A stretch of DNA of 52,248 nucleotides, taken from positions 1 through 52,248 of the forward strand of contig DATDVI010000021.1 of assembly GCA_035290125.1 (NCBI GenBank), in the 5' to 3' direction. Positions within the stretch are counted from its first letter, which is position 1, and each line of letters opens with the position of its first letter. Of this stretch, positions 1 through 8,340 are shown piece after piece. The position numbers and the translations under genes were made by a program. The notes beneath the pieces were generated by a model. It was not told the origin of the DNA. It was given only the letters and a program-made list of their open reading frames with translations, and made no database searches. The DNA is from Candidatus Anderseniibacteriota bacterium (GTDB lineage: Bacteria > Patescibacteriota > Andersenbacteria > UBA10190).

Positions 1-78
1 CTTTTTACCCACTTCGTTTGTTGTCGGCGCGGCTGTATCGGCCGTTGCGTGTCTCGCTCTCCTCGCCTTTTGGGTTCG

Positions 79-1146
79 TTACTTGCGCGCAGCGGCGCGG
101 AGGAATTCTTCTTCAAGGGGGGATGGCGGATAGACGTGGCCTTTGCGGTCGTATTGGTTCTTGAGCTTAAAAAACAGCCCAAAAATATCGTTATCGAGGA
201 CTTGTAAAATCGTAATGTCGGGCTGGGTGAATTTTGCTCGCTCCTGAAACAGCCCTACCTCATCGGTAATCGTGTAGCCGGCGACGCCGGCGTTAAGCAC
301 TTCGCGGTCCGGATTGAGGCGCTCCAGTTGAGCGGGATACGTATCCGCGTTGGGCAGATAGGGCCCGAACGTGTACGAATCGCCGAGGATCAGAATACGC
401 TGCTTGCTCTTGGGGAACGAAACGTCGGCGGTGTTCCGCAAACCCTGGCTATTCGTGATGAGGCGATACGGCAGATCGGGGTGATCATAGCGGATCTCAT
501 CACGGCCTGGCGGCTGGTCGCCAAATAGCACGGGTCGTTCGGTAAACATGTGCTGTGCGCGAACATCGTTGTGCTTATTCAGGTATTCGCTCAACGCTTC
601 AGCGACTACCTGATTGCCAAAACGAGAAATGTGGCCGTTGGTCGGCAGGAGATAAACCGTTTGCTTGGGGTGGCGGAACAACTGATCAGTTAGATCAATA
701 AAATCGATTTGATATTTTTCGGCGAGGTGTTTGTAGAATACGCGCAGCTCAACTGACTCGTTATCGGGACTTGAATTGTCTTGCGGGATGTAGAGTATAA
801 TAAGTTTCGAGTTGATTACGTTTGTTTCTGCAGCCAGCGCCTGAAAGCGCTCCTCATATTGCTCATAGAGATTGTTGCGCAGCGGGGCGCCGAGCGGCGA
901 AAAAAGCGCGTGGCGCAACTCGCCAAGTGAGGCAGTATCCTCGCGGCCCGCCTGGCGGAGCAACACTGAGCGTTTGGCGGTCTTGAAAGCGGCAACGATG
1001 GCGAGCGGCTCACGGTGAACGATGTGAAAGTGGATAACGCGCAGCCCAACCTCGACAAGTAGGGTAAGTACGAGCAAGGGGACAAGTGCGAACGTGATCG
1101 TTTTGAGCGGTGCGCGTGGCGCGGGAGGGTCAGAATTGTCGTTCAT
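79..1146 (-). CDS. Membrane-anchored AlgJ/AlgX-like (permuted SGNH/GDSL) polysaccharide O-acyl-transferase or esterase
   Basis: 355 aa, ATG at 1146, 17-nt overlap with the upstream gene. N-terminal hydrophobic anchor (ITFALVPLLVLTLLVEVGL). The His block LLPTNGHISRFGNQVVAEAL lies upstream of the Ser block ILILGDSYTFG, then LNAGVAGY and VLDNDIF (SGNH blocks I-III). This is the permuted order known for AlgJ/AlgX-type enzymes. Motif reading only. Confidence 0.5.
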   Translation of the reverse strand: MNDNSDPPAPRAPLKTITFALVPLLVLTLLVEVGLRVIHFHIVHREPLAIVAAFKTAKRSVLLRQAGREDTASLGELRHALFSPLGAPLRNNLYEQYEERFQALAAETNVINSKLIILYIPQDNSSPDNESVELRVFYKHLAEKYQIDFIDLTDQLFRHPKQTVYLLPTNGHISRFGNQVVAEALSEYLNKHNDVRAQHMFTERPVLFGDQPPGRDEIRYDHPDLPYRLITNSQGLRNTADVSFPKSKQRILILGDSYTFGPYLPNADTYPAQLERLNPDREVLNAGVAGYTITDEVGLFQERAKFTQPDITILQVLDNDIFGLFFKLKNQYDRKGHVYPPSPLEEEFLRAAARK

Positions 1147-1507
1147 AGTTGCCGTCTTTTTTCTCTCGAGGTTGCCAGTAGGTGGGCGCTGCGGTATCGA
1201 TGTTGGTTGACAGGAATTTCTTGCGAGCGATTTTGGCTAAGATTCCAATAGGCATCACGATTACATAGTACACGATGGCGAGTATCAGCCGACTCATGAT
1301 CTCTCCCAGTAGGCGGGCTACGCCCATCCAGGCCCGGTAAACGGGTTGCAGAGCAGCAGGGGCCAGCAGGCCAGTGAGAAATAGCACCACGCCAGCTAAG
1401 AGTAGTAGCCAGCCGAGCGAGCGCTCTCGCCAGAGCAGCAGCGTTCCCAGCAGGCAGAATGCTATTCCCACTGTATGGCTAAATTGTGTTACTTCATCCT
1501 TAGGCAT
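1130..1507 (-). CDS. SxtJ-like small membrane protein
   Basis: 125 aa, ATG at 1507. Three hydrophobic helices (IAFCLLGTLLLW, WLLLLAGVVLFLTGLL, LILAIVYYVIVMPIGIL). It starts 6 nt after the stop of a carbamoyltransferase, the pairing known from sxtI-sxtJ. Family call is from memory, not searched. Confidence 0.45.
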   Translation of the reverse strand: MPKDEVTQFSHTVGIAFCLLGTLLLWRERSLGWLLLLAGVVLFLTGLLAPAALQPVYRAWMGVARLLGEIMSRLILAIVYYVIVMPIGILAKIARKKFLSTNIDTAAPTYWQPREKKDGNYERQF

Positions 1508-1513
1508 ATTTTG

Positions 1514-3319
1514 CTAGTCGGGTGCGAATTTTTCCTGTCGTGCCTGCGAAATAGCCCTGGCAGGCTGCTGGTGCTTTGACAGAAGAAAATTATTCAAGGC
1601 GAGGTAATCCATGTCTGTTCGCAAGAAACAGCGATACGCGTCCTCTGGTGTGCAGACAATCGGCTCTCCGCGAACATTGAATGAGGTATTGATGAGGACC
1701 GGACAGCCTGTTTTATGCGCGAACGCCGACAGCAGCTGGTGAAAGCGAGGGTTTACATCGCGGTTGACGGTTTGAACACGGGCGGAGTAGTCGAGGTGCG
1801 TCACGGCCGGGATCGACGAGCGAATTTCATTGACCTTATTCACGCCGCTCGTCGCACGAATGGGTTGCCGGCGATGGCTGGCCCTGACAGGTGCGACCAA
1901 AAGCATATACGGGCTGGGCCGATCCAGATCGAACCACTGATGCGTATCCTCCTCCCGTACGGCTGGCGCGAAAGGCCGAAAGCTTTCCCGGAATTTTATT
2001 TTCAGGTTTAACTGCCGCTGCATGGTCTTGGAGCGGGCGTCGGCTAGGATCGAGCGGTTGCCGAGGGCACGGGGGCCATACTCCATACGGCCCTGGAACC
2101 AGCCAACGACTTGTTCGGTGGCGAGGAGATCGGCTACGGTTTCAATGAGCTCTTTTTCCGGCAGCTCGCGGTGGGGAATATTGTTTGCCTGGAGAAACTG
2201 GCGAATTTCTGAGTCAGTATAACAGGGCCCGAGGAGCGAGCCTGCTTGAGCATCTGGTTTTTGTGGCTGACGGGGTTTGTTGAGCTGCTGATGCCAGGCA
2301 AGCAGCGCGGCACCGAGGGCGCCGCCAGCGTCGCCAGAGGCGGGCTGAATCCACAAGTCCTTGAAAGATGTGTGCTCCAGAATTTTGCTATTGGCGACAC
2401 AGTTCAGCGCGACGCCGCCAGCCAGGCATAGATATTTTTCTCCGGTGCGCTGGTGAATCGTTCGCGCCATTTTGATCATTATTTCTTCGGTAACAACCTG
2501 GATAGACCGGGCGAGATCAAGGTGTTGCTGACTGAGCTCATCGTCGCTCCGGCGCGGGGGACCGCCGAAGAGCTGGTCGAAACGACGATTCGTCATCGTG
2601 AGGCCAGCCAGGTAGTTGAAGTACTTTAGGTTGAGGCGGAACGATCCGTCGGCCTTGATATCGATCAAATTTTCTTTGATCCGATTAGCGTAGGTTGGCT
2701 GGCCGTACGGGGCGAGTCCCATGACCTTGTATTCACCAGAGTTCACCTTGAAGCCCAGATAATAGGTGAATGCTGAGTAAAGCAGGCCGAGGGAATGTGG
2801 AAAGCGAATTTCAGCGAGGAGCTTCATGTTGCTGCCGCGACCTTGGCCGTAGCTTGTTGTCGTCCACTCGCCGACGCCGTCGACCGTAAGGATGGCGGCT
2901 TGTTCAAACGGAGAGGGGAAAAAGGCGGAGGCGGCGTGGGAAGCGTGGTGCTCTGGGAAAAGAATGGTTCCTGTGTATTGCAGGTGCTGGTTGATAGTAT
3001 CCTTGATCCATAATTTCTCTTTGATCCACACCGGCATGGCGGCCAGGAATGATTGGATGCCGCGTGGCGCGAATTCTAGGTATGTACTCAGCAGCCGCTC
3101 GAACTTAAGCAGCGGCTTGTCGTAAAAAGCGACGATGTCTATGTCATTGATCGTCAGGTTTTTCTCCTTGAGGCAATAAGCAGCAGCCTTGCTTGGAAAG
3201 CGGGCGTCGTGCTTGAGGCGAGTGAACCGCTCTTCCTGAGCTGCGGCGATGATTTGGCCATCTTGGACGAGGCAGGCGGCGCTATCGTGGTAGTACGCGG
3301 AAATTCCCAGGATGTTCAT
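1514..3319 (-). CDS. Carbamoyltransferase, NodU/CmcH family
   Basis: 601 aa. The N-terminus MNILGISAYYHDSAACLVQDGQIIAAAQEERFTRLKHD is the classic start of this family. ATGA overlap with the upstream methyltransferase stop (3316-3319). Confidence 0.9.
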   Translation of the reverse strand: MNILGISAYYHDSAACLVQDGQIIAAAQEERFTRLKHDARFPSKAAAYCLKEKNLTINDIDIVAFYDKPLLKFERLLSTYLEFAPRGIQSFLAAMPVWIKEKLWIKDTINQHLQYTGTILFPEHHASHAASAFFPSPFEQAAILTVDGVGEWTTTSYGQGRGSNMKLLAEIRFPHSLGLLYSAFTYYLGFKVNSGEYKVMGLAPYGQPTYANRIKENLIDIKADGSFRLNLKYFNYLAGLTMTNRRFDQLFGGPPRRSDDELSQQHLDLARSIQVVTEEIMIKMARTIHQRTGEKYLCLAGGVALNCVANSKILEHTSFKDLWIQPASGDAGGALGAALLAWHQQLNKPRQPQKPDAQAGSLLGPCYTDSEIRQFLQANNIPHRELPEKELIETVADLLATEQVVGWFQGRMEYGPRALGNRSILADARSKTMQRQLNLKIKFRESFRPFAPAVREEDTHQWFDLDRPSPYMLLVAPVRASHRRQPIRATSGVNKVNEIRSSIPAVTHLDYSARVQTVNRDVNPRFHQLLSAFAHKTGCPVLINTSFNVRGEPIVCTPEDAYRCFLRTDMDYLALNNFLLSKHQQPARAISQARQEKFAPD

Positions 3320-3987
3320 GCGGCTGTGGCCACGCAGTACATTTCGCCGAAGCGAACGTGCAGGTGCTTGATTGTATATCCAGCATTGGCGAGTTCCTGA
3401 CGAAATATTGCCTCGGTGTATTCAATCCGATGGGTTGGGTCGAGGCGATAATCGAGCCCTAGTTCCTGCTTGAGGAGCGGCAGCCAATCCCGGTCGAGCA
3501 TGGGCACGCGGAGCAGCAATTTTGGGGCCAGTGCTTTTATCTTTTGCAGGAGACCAACGCGATTATCGATGTGCTCCAGGACATTGCTCATAATAATAAC
3601 CGAGAACGATTGGTTAAACTGGTGCGTTACCGCGTCCCCAACGAGGAATGTAAGATTAGCAGCCTGGTAACGGCGCCGAGCTTCAGCGATGCTGGCTTCG
3701 TCGAAATCGATGCCGGTGACGGAGGCCGCAACCTGGGCCGCGTCGAACGCGACGTCGCCATAGCCGCAGCCAATGTCCAGCACGTGATCGGCGGAGTTAA
3801 GGTTATTAATAAAAAATTCGTGATACTTGGTTAAACGATGCTTTGGGTGCATACCGTTTTCGACGGCGAACGTTGAAATCCAGCGCTCAAAAAATGACTG
3901 GACGCGGAGCAGCTCTTTTAATATTGGCACTCGCCAAGATGAGGCCAGCAGCCGGCGAACGATTGTATCGAGGATCGAGCGATACAT
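3316..3987 (-). CDS. Class I SAM-dependent methyltransferase
   Basis: 223 aa, ATG at 3987. Motif I VLDIGCGYGDVAF; post-I/II blocks VTGIDFD and IIMSNVLEHI. Confidence 0.8.
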   Translation of the reverse strand: MYRSILDTIVRRLLASSWRVPILKELLRVQSFFERWISTFAVENGMHPKHRLTKYHEFFINNLNSADHVLDIGCGYGDVAFDAAQVAASVTGIDFDEASIAEARRRYQAANLTFLVGDAVTHQFNQSFSVIIMSNVLEHIDNRVGLLQKIKALAPKLLLRVPMLDRDWLPLLKQELGLDYRLDPTHRIEYTEAIFRQELANAGYTIKHLHVRFGEMYCVATAA

Positions 3988-3992
3988 AGCAC

Positions 3993-4802
3993 TTAGTCTG
4001 GGCGACGCTGCATGACGAGCAGCATAATATGCCCGGCCAAGGGGGCCGCCAGCTCCGTAATAGCTGCGCCGGTGACCCGCGCCAGCTTGCCACGCGAACG
4101 CAACAGTTTTTGCAAGGCTGGCCGCGCCAGCGGGACTTCAGTACTTATTCCTTTGAGGCCGTCGACCGCTTGCTGATGCCGCAGCTGAAACCCTAATTTT
4201 TCGAGGTCGTGGCGCACGTGGAGGTAGTTCAGGATAAACTGGTAAAAATCACTGGGTTCTTTTTGGGGTTGGCTGGCTTTCGTGTAGGCGCGTAATTTTA
4301 TTTTCAATTTGCGCAGGGGGTTTAAGTAGGGAAACGTCATAAACAGATACCCACCGGGCGCAATGACGCGCCTGGCCTCAGTCAGTATTTCTTGGTAGCC
4401 ATTAAAAAAGTGCTCGATGACGCCGAGGGACCAATACGCTGAAAAATAGTTATCAGGAAACGGTAGTTTGCGTACATCGGCCACTGACAGTTGTAAAGCC
4501 GGGAATGCTTGTTCGGCTTGAGTGATCGTCTGCTGCGCAAAATCGATGCCATAGGCATCGTAGCCCTCTCGCTGGTGGCTAAGGACGACTGCCCCGCGCC
4601 CGCAGCCGGCGTCCAGCATGCGCACGTGTGGACCGGGCGGCACAAAACGCTTGGTTAAACCTACGTAAAATGTATTGCGGCTTTCTTCTTCGATTTGCTG
4701 ACGCATATCGTCTACTTGCCACAACGAGTCCCAAAAGAGAGCCGTGGGAGCCTGCTGCCGCATCACTAAGCGGCCGCTGCGAGCGTCGTACTGGGTAGTC
4801 AT
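3993..4802 (-). CDS. Class I SAM-dependent methyltransferase
   Basis: Motif I MLDAGCGRGAVVL, then YGIDFA and WSLGVIEHF. The ORF track extends to a TTG at 4841; alternative ATGs are at 4835 and 4802. I chose 4802 because it avoids a 5-prime overlap with the divergent gene. The start remains uncertain. Confidence 0.75.
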   Translation of the reverse strand: MTTQYDARSGRLVMRQQAPTALFWDSLWQVDDMRQQIEEESRNTFYVGLTKRFVPPGPHVRMLDAGCGRGAVVLSHQREGYDAYGIDFAQQTITQAEQAFPALQLSVADVRKLPFPDNYFSAYWSLGVIEHFFNGYQEILTEARRVIAPGGYLFMTFPYLNPLRKLKIKLRAYTKASQPQKEPSDFYQFILNYLHVRHDLEKLGFQLRHQQAVDGLKGISTEVPLARPALQKLLRSRGKLARVTGAAITELAAPLAGHIMLLVMQRRPD

Positions 4803-4833
4803 GCTGCTACGATGGTAGTATGGAGGTATGAGC

Positions 4834-5658
4834 ATGGGCAAGCCGCTGGTTACGGTACTACTGGCAACGCGGAATGGAGAGCGGTTGATTGCCCAGGCGG
4901 TTGCCAGTGTGTTGAAGCAGAGCTATGAGCATTTTGAGTTAGTTATCATTGATGACGCATCGACCGATACAACAGCTCAGGTTGTTGCTGGAATTAAAGA
5001 TCGGCGAATTCGATTCCTGCATAACGACCAGCCGCTGGGGCTAACGCGCTCACTCAACCGGGGGCTGGTGGCGGCACGCGGCGAATTTATCGCCCGGATC
5101 GATGATGATGATATTTGGGTGGGCAACGAAAAATTGACCAAGCAGGTCGATTTTCTCCTCGCACACCCGCGTGTTGGTTTGGTGGGGACACAAAATGTTG
5201 TGGTGAGCAGCACGGGCTGGGGATTGTACTGGTGGCGTGTGCCGACCCACGACGCGGGAATTCGGCAGACGCTGCTGCGGCGTAACCATTTTGTTCATTC
5301 AGGTGTGATGATCCGGCGTGCGGCGCTGCGCGAAGTAGGGCCCTATGGGCCGAATATTCGCTACGCGCAGGACTACGAGCTCTGGCTGCGCATTGGCAAG
5401 CGCTGGCAGTTGGCGAACCTGCCGGATGTATACGTTAAGCAACGGCTCAACCAGGGCGGGGTGACCAGCCGTAACCGGTGGACGCAGTTTATTTCTTTTC
5501 TGAAAACGGCGTGGTTGTATCGGCACGATTACCCAGGCTTCTGGCGCAGCGTGCCGGTGTATCTGCGGGAGGCGGCTTTAAATCTGCTGCCGCGGCGGTT
5601 TTTCCATCGCTTTGGCGTCTGGCTGCGCCCCTGGCGCATCACCGGCAGCACCCACTGA
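4834..5658 (+). CDS. Glycosyltransferase family 2
   Basis: VTVLLATRNGERLI...YEHFELVIIDDASTDTT...IARIDDDDIW (GT-A DxD region). GGAGG at 4822-4826 sits 7 nt before ATG 4834; ATG 4828 is too close to the SD. Paralogue of 9258..10082. Confidence 0.85.
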   Translation: MGKPLVTVLLATRNGERLIAQAVASVLKQSYEHFELVIIDDASTDTTAQVVAGIKDRRIRFLHNDQPLGLTRSLNRGLVAARGEFIARIDDDDIWVGNEKLTKQVDFLLAHPRVGLVGTQNVVVSSTGWGLYWWRVPTHDAGIRQTLLRRNHFVHSGVMIRRAALREVGPYGPNIRYAQDYELWLRIGKRWQLANLPDVYVKQRLNQGGVTSRNRWTQFISFLKTAWLYRHDYPGFWRSVPVYLREAALNLLPRRFFHRFGVWLRPWRITGSTH

Positions 5659-5690
5659 AGTAAGAAAATTTTCTCCGAGTGTTAACGCAC

Positions 5691-5718
5691 CCCCTCGATA
5701 TTACGTAATATCGAGGGG
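5691..5718. repeat. Family A perfect palindrome, copy A1 (28 bp CCCCTCGATATTACGTAATATCGAGGGG)
   Basis: Read directly from the sequence. Perfect 14+14 inverted repeat, 33 nt after the GT2 stop (5658). Left flank TTAACGC is shared with A2; right flank AAAGAGAATC resembles that of A3. Confidence 0.95.
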
Positions 5719-5841
5719 AAAGAGAATCTTTGCTTGGATTGACCTCAGCTGGAGATCAGTTCAAGAAAGGTGGCGAATTTGGATGTTCCGGTATCGCCTT
5801 TGTGCTAATGCACACCGGGTTTTTCACATCGAAGCTTGCCG

Positions 5842-6084
5842 TTAGGAAGTGAATAGAGTTGGGAATTGCCGTTTCAACATGCCTTGTGTCATTTGAAGAG
5901 CAGCAAGACCTTGGCACAACGCATCCAGACTTGCCTGGTGTGCAAGCGGTATATGTGCTCCACAGGCTTCCAATTCTTGTCTGACCAACTTAACACGCTC
6001 TTCAAAATCACTAATACGACCTTGAAGGTCCTCCATGAATAAGCCCAACTTTTCAATTACTTCATTCTCTGTGAACTGTAGCAT
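5842..6084 (-). CDS. Hypothetical small helical protein (80 aa)
   Basis: The ORF track gives 5842..6171 from a TTG. A TTGACA-N17-TATTAT promoter at 6171-6199 would place the TSS downstream of that TTG. ATG 6084 (MLQFTENEVIEKL...) with a weak GAAAGG upstream is therefore the likely start. The region is AT-richer and the protein has no motif I recognise. Confidence 0.4.
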   Translation of the reverse strand: MLQFTENEVIEKLGLFMEDLQGRISDFEERVKLVRQELEACGAHIPLAHQASLDALCQGLAALQMTQGMLKRQFPTLFTS

Positions 6085-6170
6085 TTTCGAGGTGCCTTTC
6101 TTTGTGGCCTGCCGCTTATCCAGCAAGATGCTGAATCTACGGCCTGCTTGGTTGTAATGTGCAGGCTGCA

Positions 6171-6199
6171 ATAATATATCATCTTTAAACTTCTGTCAA
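6171..6199 (-). promoter_or_regulatory. Sigma70-type promoter candidate (TTGACA-N17-TATTAT)
   Basis: Minus strand: TTGACA at 6199..6194, 17-nt spacer gaagtttaaagatgata, TATTAT at 6176..6171. About 80 nt upstream of ATG 6084. Confidence 0.55.
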
Positions 6200-6253
6200 G
6201 TGCTTCTGGTAATAAACAGCTCAATATAGCTATTAAAATTCTGACCGAACTGA

Positions 6254-6268
6254 ATCACCTAAGGTGAT
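6254..6268. promoter_or_regulatory. 15-bp palindrome ATCACCT-A-AGGTGAT (possible operator)
   Basis: Perfect 7+7 inverted repeat, about 55 nt upstream of the -35 at 6199 and 17 nt from palindrome A2. Confidence 0.25.
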
Positions 6269-6285
6269 GTCTTTAACGCTATATC

Positions 6286-6313
6286 CCCCTCGATATTACG
6301 TAATATCGAGGGG
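6286..6313. repeat. Family A perfect palindrome, copy A2 (28 bp)
   Basis: Sequence identical to A1. It lies 15 nt beyond the stop (6328) of the minus-strand GT4. Left flank is TTAACGC-tatat. Confidence 0.95.
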
Positions 6314-6327
6314 ATTTGGGGCAGTGG

Positions 6328-7314
6328 TTAGGCTCGGGTGAGGATGAGGAGATAACTGGCGACCATATTGGCGAGAGAAAATTTTGATTCGGCCGAGGCG
6401 CGGGCGGTGGTGCTATAGGCGGACAGGTTTTGTGCGACTTTCTGGATGGCGCTGGAGAATGCTTGGGCATCGGTCTGCTTAAATTCATAGCGGTCATAGA
6501 ACGGATTGTGCGGCCGCAGGGGCACAAGCTCGCCGGAGCGGCCAGGCTCAACAAGCTCGGGTAATCCCCCGCGGGCATAGGCGACGACGGGCAAGCCGGC
6601 TGCTAAGGCTTCCAGCACGCTGTTCGGGCAGGCAGAGAGCTGCGAGAAGACGTAGATATCGTGCTGTTGTAACGAGTGGCTGATATCTTGGTGCTTGACC
6701 GCGTCTTGGTAGTATATACGCGGGTTCGTTTTGAGCTGGCGAATAAGCTCGTGCAAACGTGGCGTGTGTGGCCCAATGATTGTCAGGGTAAAATTTGGCG
6801 GGAGCTGTAACAACGCATCGCGAAGCGGGGCGATTTGCTCAGGATCCCGAAAGCTAGCGTGTGTGACGAGGCGAATAAGGTAATTGTCGTGGGGTGGGCG
6901 CGCGAGTGCTGGGGTAGCGACGCCATTGCGAATTACTGATGACGCACTGTGCGGCTGGCCCAGCATCGTGTGGCAGGCCTGGCGACTAAATTCGCTCTGG
7001 TACACCACATGATCGGCGAAGTAGTTGTGAATAATTCGCTTGTGCAGATCTTTGAGGCGATACGTCTGCGAGTGCGGCCAGGGGAGAGCTGGATAATAGA
7101 CGCCATCGAGTCGCTGGATGATTTTCTTGCCTCGCGCCCGGGCGTAGAGCGGATAGATTAGGGAACAGGCGTCGATGATAAACAAGCAGTCAAAATTGGG
7201 TGTGAACGTGTGGGTGACGGCATGTCCTCGTTTTTTTAAAGCGGTCGTTAGGGCGGTCAAGAATGTTATGGGCCCGCCAACGGGGAACAGCTGGTAGGGG
7301 ATGAATATTTTCAT
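6328..7314 (-). CDS. Glycosyltransferase family 4 (GT-B)
   Basis: 328 aa. C-terminal EX7E-type block NSVLEALAAGLPVVAYARGGLPELVEPGRSGELV. ATGA overlap with the upstream gene at 7311-7314. Confidence 0.8.
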   Translation of the reverse strand: MKIFIPYQLFPVGGPITFLTALTTALKKRGHAVTHTFTPNFDCLFIIDACSLIYPLYARARGKKIIQRLDGVYYPALPWPHSQTYRLKDLHKRIIHNYFADHVVYQSEFSRQACHTMLGQPHSASSVIRNGVATPALARPPHDNYLIRLVTHASFRDPEQIAPLRDALLQLPPNFTLTIIGPHTPRLHELIRQLKTNPRIYYQDAVKHQDISHSLQQHDIYVFSQLSACPNSVLEALAAGLPVVAYARGGLPELVEPGRSGELVPLRPHNPFYDRYEFKQTDAQAFSSAIQKVAQNLSAYSTTARASAESKFSLANMVASYLLILTRA

Positions 7315-8309
7315 GGTTCAGGCTGGGTGATGACGTTGCGACACGCATTAGTCAGCTGCTGGCCGAACGCAGCGTACGTGTAGCGCTCGGCCTGCTCGCG
7401 AGCGACGCGTTCGTATTGTTCGCGTCTGCCTGGATTAGTGTTTAGTTCTTGGATGGCTGCCCGTAACGCGGCGACATCACCGGCCGGGACCAGCAGGCCC
7501 TGCTGGTCATGTTGGACATAGTCATTGACGCTGGCTTGATCGGTCGTAATAACCGCTTTGCCCAGCGCGAGCGCCTGGACAACGGTCGTCTGTCCGTGCG
7601 GGTGCACGCCGGCAGTAAGTGGGACGATAACGAACAGCGCGTGGTGCATGGCGGCCAGAAAATCTGTTTGTGACATGGTCCAAAAAACGTGGCAATTGTC
7701 CGGCAGAGGTTGATCGTAGTTCAGTGTGCGGCGAGAGAACGTAATGATCATCAGTGAAATTGGCAGCGAGCGTGCAGCTTCAATGAGGGTGGGAAAATCC
7801 CGACCCTCACCGCCGCCGCTAAAAATATACGGCGACTGTACGCTTTGCAAGGCAGCTGGTAGTGCACTCGTGCGCGCAGCGACGAGGTTGCCAGGGGCAG
7901 GGAGGGGGATGACGACACTTTTTCGGCGTGTTTCCGGTGAACGCAGGGTTAGGGTGCTTGAGTCGTGATCAATGACGAGATCGGCATAGCGGACGCGTGC
8001 ATCATGAAAAATGCTGTAGTTGTGACAGATGATTTTGAGCCTGGCGGGGAGTAGGTGATATTTTTTCAGGCTTAGAAACCACGGAGCCAGGCCATAGGCA
8101 GCGCCGATGAATAATATCGTGGGCCGATCTTGCCAGATGCGCCAGTATGTCTGTAGGGCGAGAAGAGCCATATTAAGCAGGCTACTCATTTTTTTAACAT
8201 AGCGGCGACCATACAGTATCTGCGGAAATATTTGGCAGTCCGGTGTTGCCCAGAAGCCCTTGGCGAACGTCACCACGAGTATGTGGTCAAGTTGAGAGGC
8301 TGTTTTCAT
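7311..8309 (-). CDS. Glycosyltransferase, GT-B fold (GT1/GT4-like)
   Basis: 332 aa, ATG at 8309. C-terminal block HGQTTVVQALALGKAVITTDQASVNDYVQHDQQGLLVPAGD, typical of the GT-B nucleotide-sugar binding domain. Confidence 0.7.
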   Translation of the reverse strand: MKTASQLDHILVVTFAKGFWATPDCQIFPQILYGRRYVKKMSSLLNMALLALQTYWRIWQDRPTILFIGAAYGLAPWFLSLKKYHLLPARLKIICHNYSIFHDARVRYADLVIDHDSSTLTLRSPETRRKSVVIPLPAPGNLVAARTSALPAALQSVQSPYIFSGGGEGRDFPTLIEAARSLPISLMIITFSRRTLNYDQPLPDNCHVFWTMSQTDFLAAMHHALFVIVPLTAGVHPHGQTTVVQALALGKAVITTDQASVNDYVQHDQQGLLVPAGDVAALRAAIQELNTNPGRREQYERVAREQAERYTYAAFGQQLTNACRNVITQPEP

Positions 8310-8340
8310 TTTATTTGGTGTCGGTTATTCTCAGGGTACT

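Noticed and set aside
5681-6313. Family A palindromes with GTTAACGC flanks as integron attC sites or gene-cassette boundaries
   Set aside because: The flank does not fit the GTTRRRY / RYYYAAC core sites. The palindrome is perfect and short, unlike attC, and no integrase is present in the window.
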